Shown piece by piece: positions 52,013 through 53,949 of a stretch of 53,949 nucleotides of DNA (position 1 is the first letter of the stretch; each line of letters starts with the position of its first letter). The position numbers and the translations under genes were made by a program. This DNA comes from an uncultured virus (IMG/VR IMGVR_UViG_3300032330_002160) (Duplodnaviria; Heunggongvirae; Uroviricota; Caudoviricetes), in IMG/VR virus record IMGVR_UViG_3300032330_002160, one strand, 5' to 3'. Below the pieces are notes generated by a model. It did no database searches, was not told the origin of the DNA, and saw only the letters and a program-made list of their open reading frames with translations.

Positions 52013-52030
52013 GGGGGCCTTTCGGCCCCC
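52013..52030 (-). promoter_or_regulatory. GC hairpin between ssb and GT4 (terminator or translational element)
   Basis: Minus strand GGGGGCC-GAAA-GGCCCCC, ending 6 nt before the GT4 ATG. Confidence 0.55.
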
Positions 52031-52042
52031 TCCATTTTTTAA

Positions 52043-52480
52043 TTAGAAAGGAAGCTCGGCACCACCAACAATTTCTTCACCGACATTTGGATTTTTATAT
52101 GGGTTATATTCGTCTTCATTTTCTTTATTTGCTAATCTTGCTTTTGATTCCATGAAATAAAAGCGGTTAACACGGAAGCGCAAAGCAGAACGTTTCTGTC
52201 CAGATTGTTTATCGGTCCAGCTTTCAGTTTTAGCTCTAGCTTCAACCATTAATTTGGTTCCTTTATTGCATTCTACACCGATTATTTCAGCTGCTTTGTC
52301 CCAAACTTCACAATCAATAAAAGCAACTTCTTCGTTAACAACGGCTCCTTCTTTATTCCTTCTGTCTGAATTAACAGCAAGAGTAAATTTAGTAACCATC
52401 TTCCCACCGGGAAGTGAAACTACAGAAGGACTGGCAACTAATCTACCAACAAATTTACAATCGTTCATATCAAACCTCAT
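52043..52480 (-). CDS. ssb: Single-stranded DNA-binding protein
   Basis: VGRL..P, FTLAVN, FIDCEVWDKAAE, KG..L.VE, ESWTDKQSGQKRS; acidic tail ending ELPF. Confidence 0.95.
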   Translation of the reverse strand: MRFDMNDCKFVGRLVASPSVVSLPGGKMVTKFTLAVNSDRRNKEGAVVNEEVAFIDCEVWDKAAEIIGVECNKGTKLMVEARAKTESWTDKQSGQKRSALRFRVNRFYFMESKARLANKENEDEYNPYKNPNVGEEIVGGAELPF

Positions 52481-53949
52481 ACAAGTTGAGAAATAGTTTG
52501 GACGATCAAGCCATTATTTTCTCTGTCTCTTTCGCCCTTCAATAATATTGTATTACCTTTAATGACTAAATGTTTATAATTTTGCCATGTTTCAGGAAAA
52601 CATACAATATTATCAATCGTCCCAGACGGATCAGAAATTGACATAAATGCCATTTCTTTTCCAGCCTGTTTACCTTTCTTGGTTTTGACTTCCCTAAAAT
52701 CTTTAACCTCAACTCCAAAAATTAACATTCCGGTTTTGCCAGTCTGAAAATCTTTGCAAGTAGTGTTAACATCCTCTAGAGTAAAAGCCTCAACTTTGGA
52801 AACGGTAACTGCAAGTCCAAGAGTTTGAACTTCTGCCCAAACTAACCATGGAATACTATCATTTTGTGGTGAAGGAGGATTTTCTAGCATATCAGCATGA
52901 CTTTGAACTGCTGCACGTCTTTTTACATTTGCGCATCCGCCTTTTGGCTTTTCTTGAGAGAGAAGGCGTAAGCCTTCAATAAAAGAAACATCGGCAGCGT
53001 TTGTAGTCATCCATTTAATTTCTTTATCTGTTAGCTCGTTAACTACAGCAATTTCGGCTAACATTCTTTGTCTTTTAATTTTGAAAGAATCAAAACATCC
53101 AGCCATGATCATTTTTTGCATGACTGAATAATTTTTTGGAACAATAAAATACAACCAATCAACCCACTTGGCTTTTTTGATATCTATATTGGCTTCATCA
53201 ATAGATTTAAATAATTTTTCTAGATTTGATTCTCCAACACCTTTAATGTCAGTCAAACCAAAGAAAATTTCTTTGCCATTATGTTCAAATAAATATTGTT
53301 TATATTCTATTTTGGGAGGATTGACTTTTATATCAAACTTTTTAGCTTCTTCAATGAGTTCCATTTTTTCAATATCTGGCTCAATCTTATCTGCCGACAA
53401 TCTTAACCATTCAGTAAAAAACTGTAGTGGAAAATGAATTTTTAGATATGCAGTATCATATCCTATTGCACCATAACTTACGCTGTGACTTTTGTTGAAA
53501 GCATATCTTCCGCTCTTTTCAATCCATGACCATAGCATTTCTGCCATTTCATATGGGACAGAATTTGTTTCTTTAGCTCCTTCTAGGAAAAGCTTTTTGA
53601 CCTCATGCATTTCTTTCATGTCTTTTTTGCCGATACATTTTCTCAATCGGTCTACATTTTTGAGATCAAATCCGGCAATATATTTTCCCAACAGCATTGA
53701 CTGTTCTTGATATACCAATAGTTTTTCTGTTGGCTCTAAAACTCTATCTACTACATCATGAATAGATGACGCAAATTCTTCTTTATTTTTTCTTAAGCAA
53801 TAATGTTCTGTTGTTGAAACGCCATTTTCATCTCTATTCTGTAATGCTCCCGGCCTAAGCAAAGCACCCAAAGCAGACATATGTTCCATATTTTCTGGTC
53901 GTAATTTTTTTGCCCATGTTTGACCAAGGCGAGATTCTAATTGGAATAC
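52477..53949 (-). CDS. dnaE: DNA polymerase III alpha subunit (C family), 5' part outside the window
   Basis: The frame stays open to the window edge (VFQLESRLG...). LRPG, YQEQ, DRLRKCIGKK, YAFNKSHS, TAYLK.HFP, FGLTDIKGVG; C-terminal OB fold. Confidence 0.95.
   Translation of the reverse strand, partial: VFQLESRLGQTWAKKLRPENMEHMSALGALLRPGALQNRDENGVSTTEHYCLRKNKEEFASSIHDVVDRVLEPTEKLLVYQEQSMLLGKYIAGFDLKNVDRLRKCIGKKDMKEMHEVKKLFLEGAKETNSVPYEMAEMLWSWIEKSGRYAFNKSHSVSYGAIGYDTAYLKIHFPLQFFTEWLRLSADKIEPDIEKMELIEEAKKFDIKVNPPKIEYKQYLFEHNGKEIFFGLTDIKGVGESNLEKLFKSIDEANIDIKKAKWVDWLYFIVPKNYSVMQKMIMAGCFDSFKIKRQRMLAEIAVVNELTDKEIKWMTTNAADVSFIEGLRLLSQEKPKGGCANVKRRAAVQSHADMLENPPSPQNDSIPWLVWAEVQTLGLAVTVSKVEAFTLEDVNTTCKDFQTGKTGMLIFGVEVKDFREVKTKKGKQAGKEMAFMSISDPSGTIDNIVCFPETWQNYKHLVIKGNTILLKGERDRENNGLIVQTISQLV

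Noticed and set aside
1..53949. Stop-codon reassignment as in some large phages
   Set aside because: Standard-code ORFs tile the window densely. TAA, TAG and TGA each end genes that are directly followed by new starts.
1..53949. Host assignment or prophage status
   Set aside because: No integrase, att site or host genes are present. Frequent GGAG/AGGAG RBSs argue weakly against a Bacteroidota host but do not identify one.

Overview
This AT-rich window looks like part of a large tailed dsDNA phage genome (Caudoviricetes). No tail sheath, integrase, rRNA, tRNA or CRISPR array was seen. Positions 1-41688 (+) form a virion morphogenesis arm. In order it carries: modular fibre/adhesin genes and LamG lectins, an endonuclease VII-type homing nuclease, a probable head spike base/fibre pair, neck and tail-completion genes, major tail tube, chaperone-like genes, a ~2890-aa tape measure protein (TMP), tail-tip proteins and a GT2 glycosyltransferase. 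Positions 41685-53949 (-) form a replication/modification arm: dnaE (partial), ssb, two GT4 glycosyltransferases, phoH, several divergent glycosyltransferase-like genes, an NTP transferase, a second nuclease and a putative annealing protein. The most striking feature is in the TMP. It carries an internal cassette of two duplicated ADP-ribosyltransferase-like domains and a PD-(D/E)xK-like domain, each bracketed by a recurring xxxGG linker, which suggests effectors delivered with the virion. Other highlights are a Cys-rich C-terminal module shared by the GT2 and a tail-region protein, and a GGTGTA motif at the start of structural-arm intergenic gaps. All product calls are from motif recognition by eye; no database searches were run.
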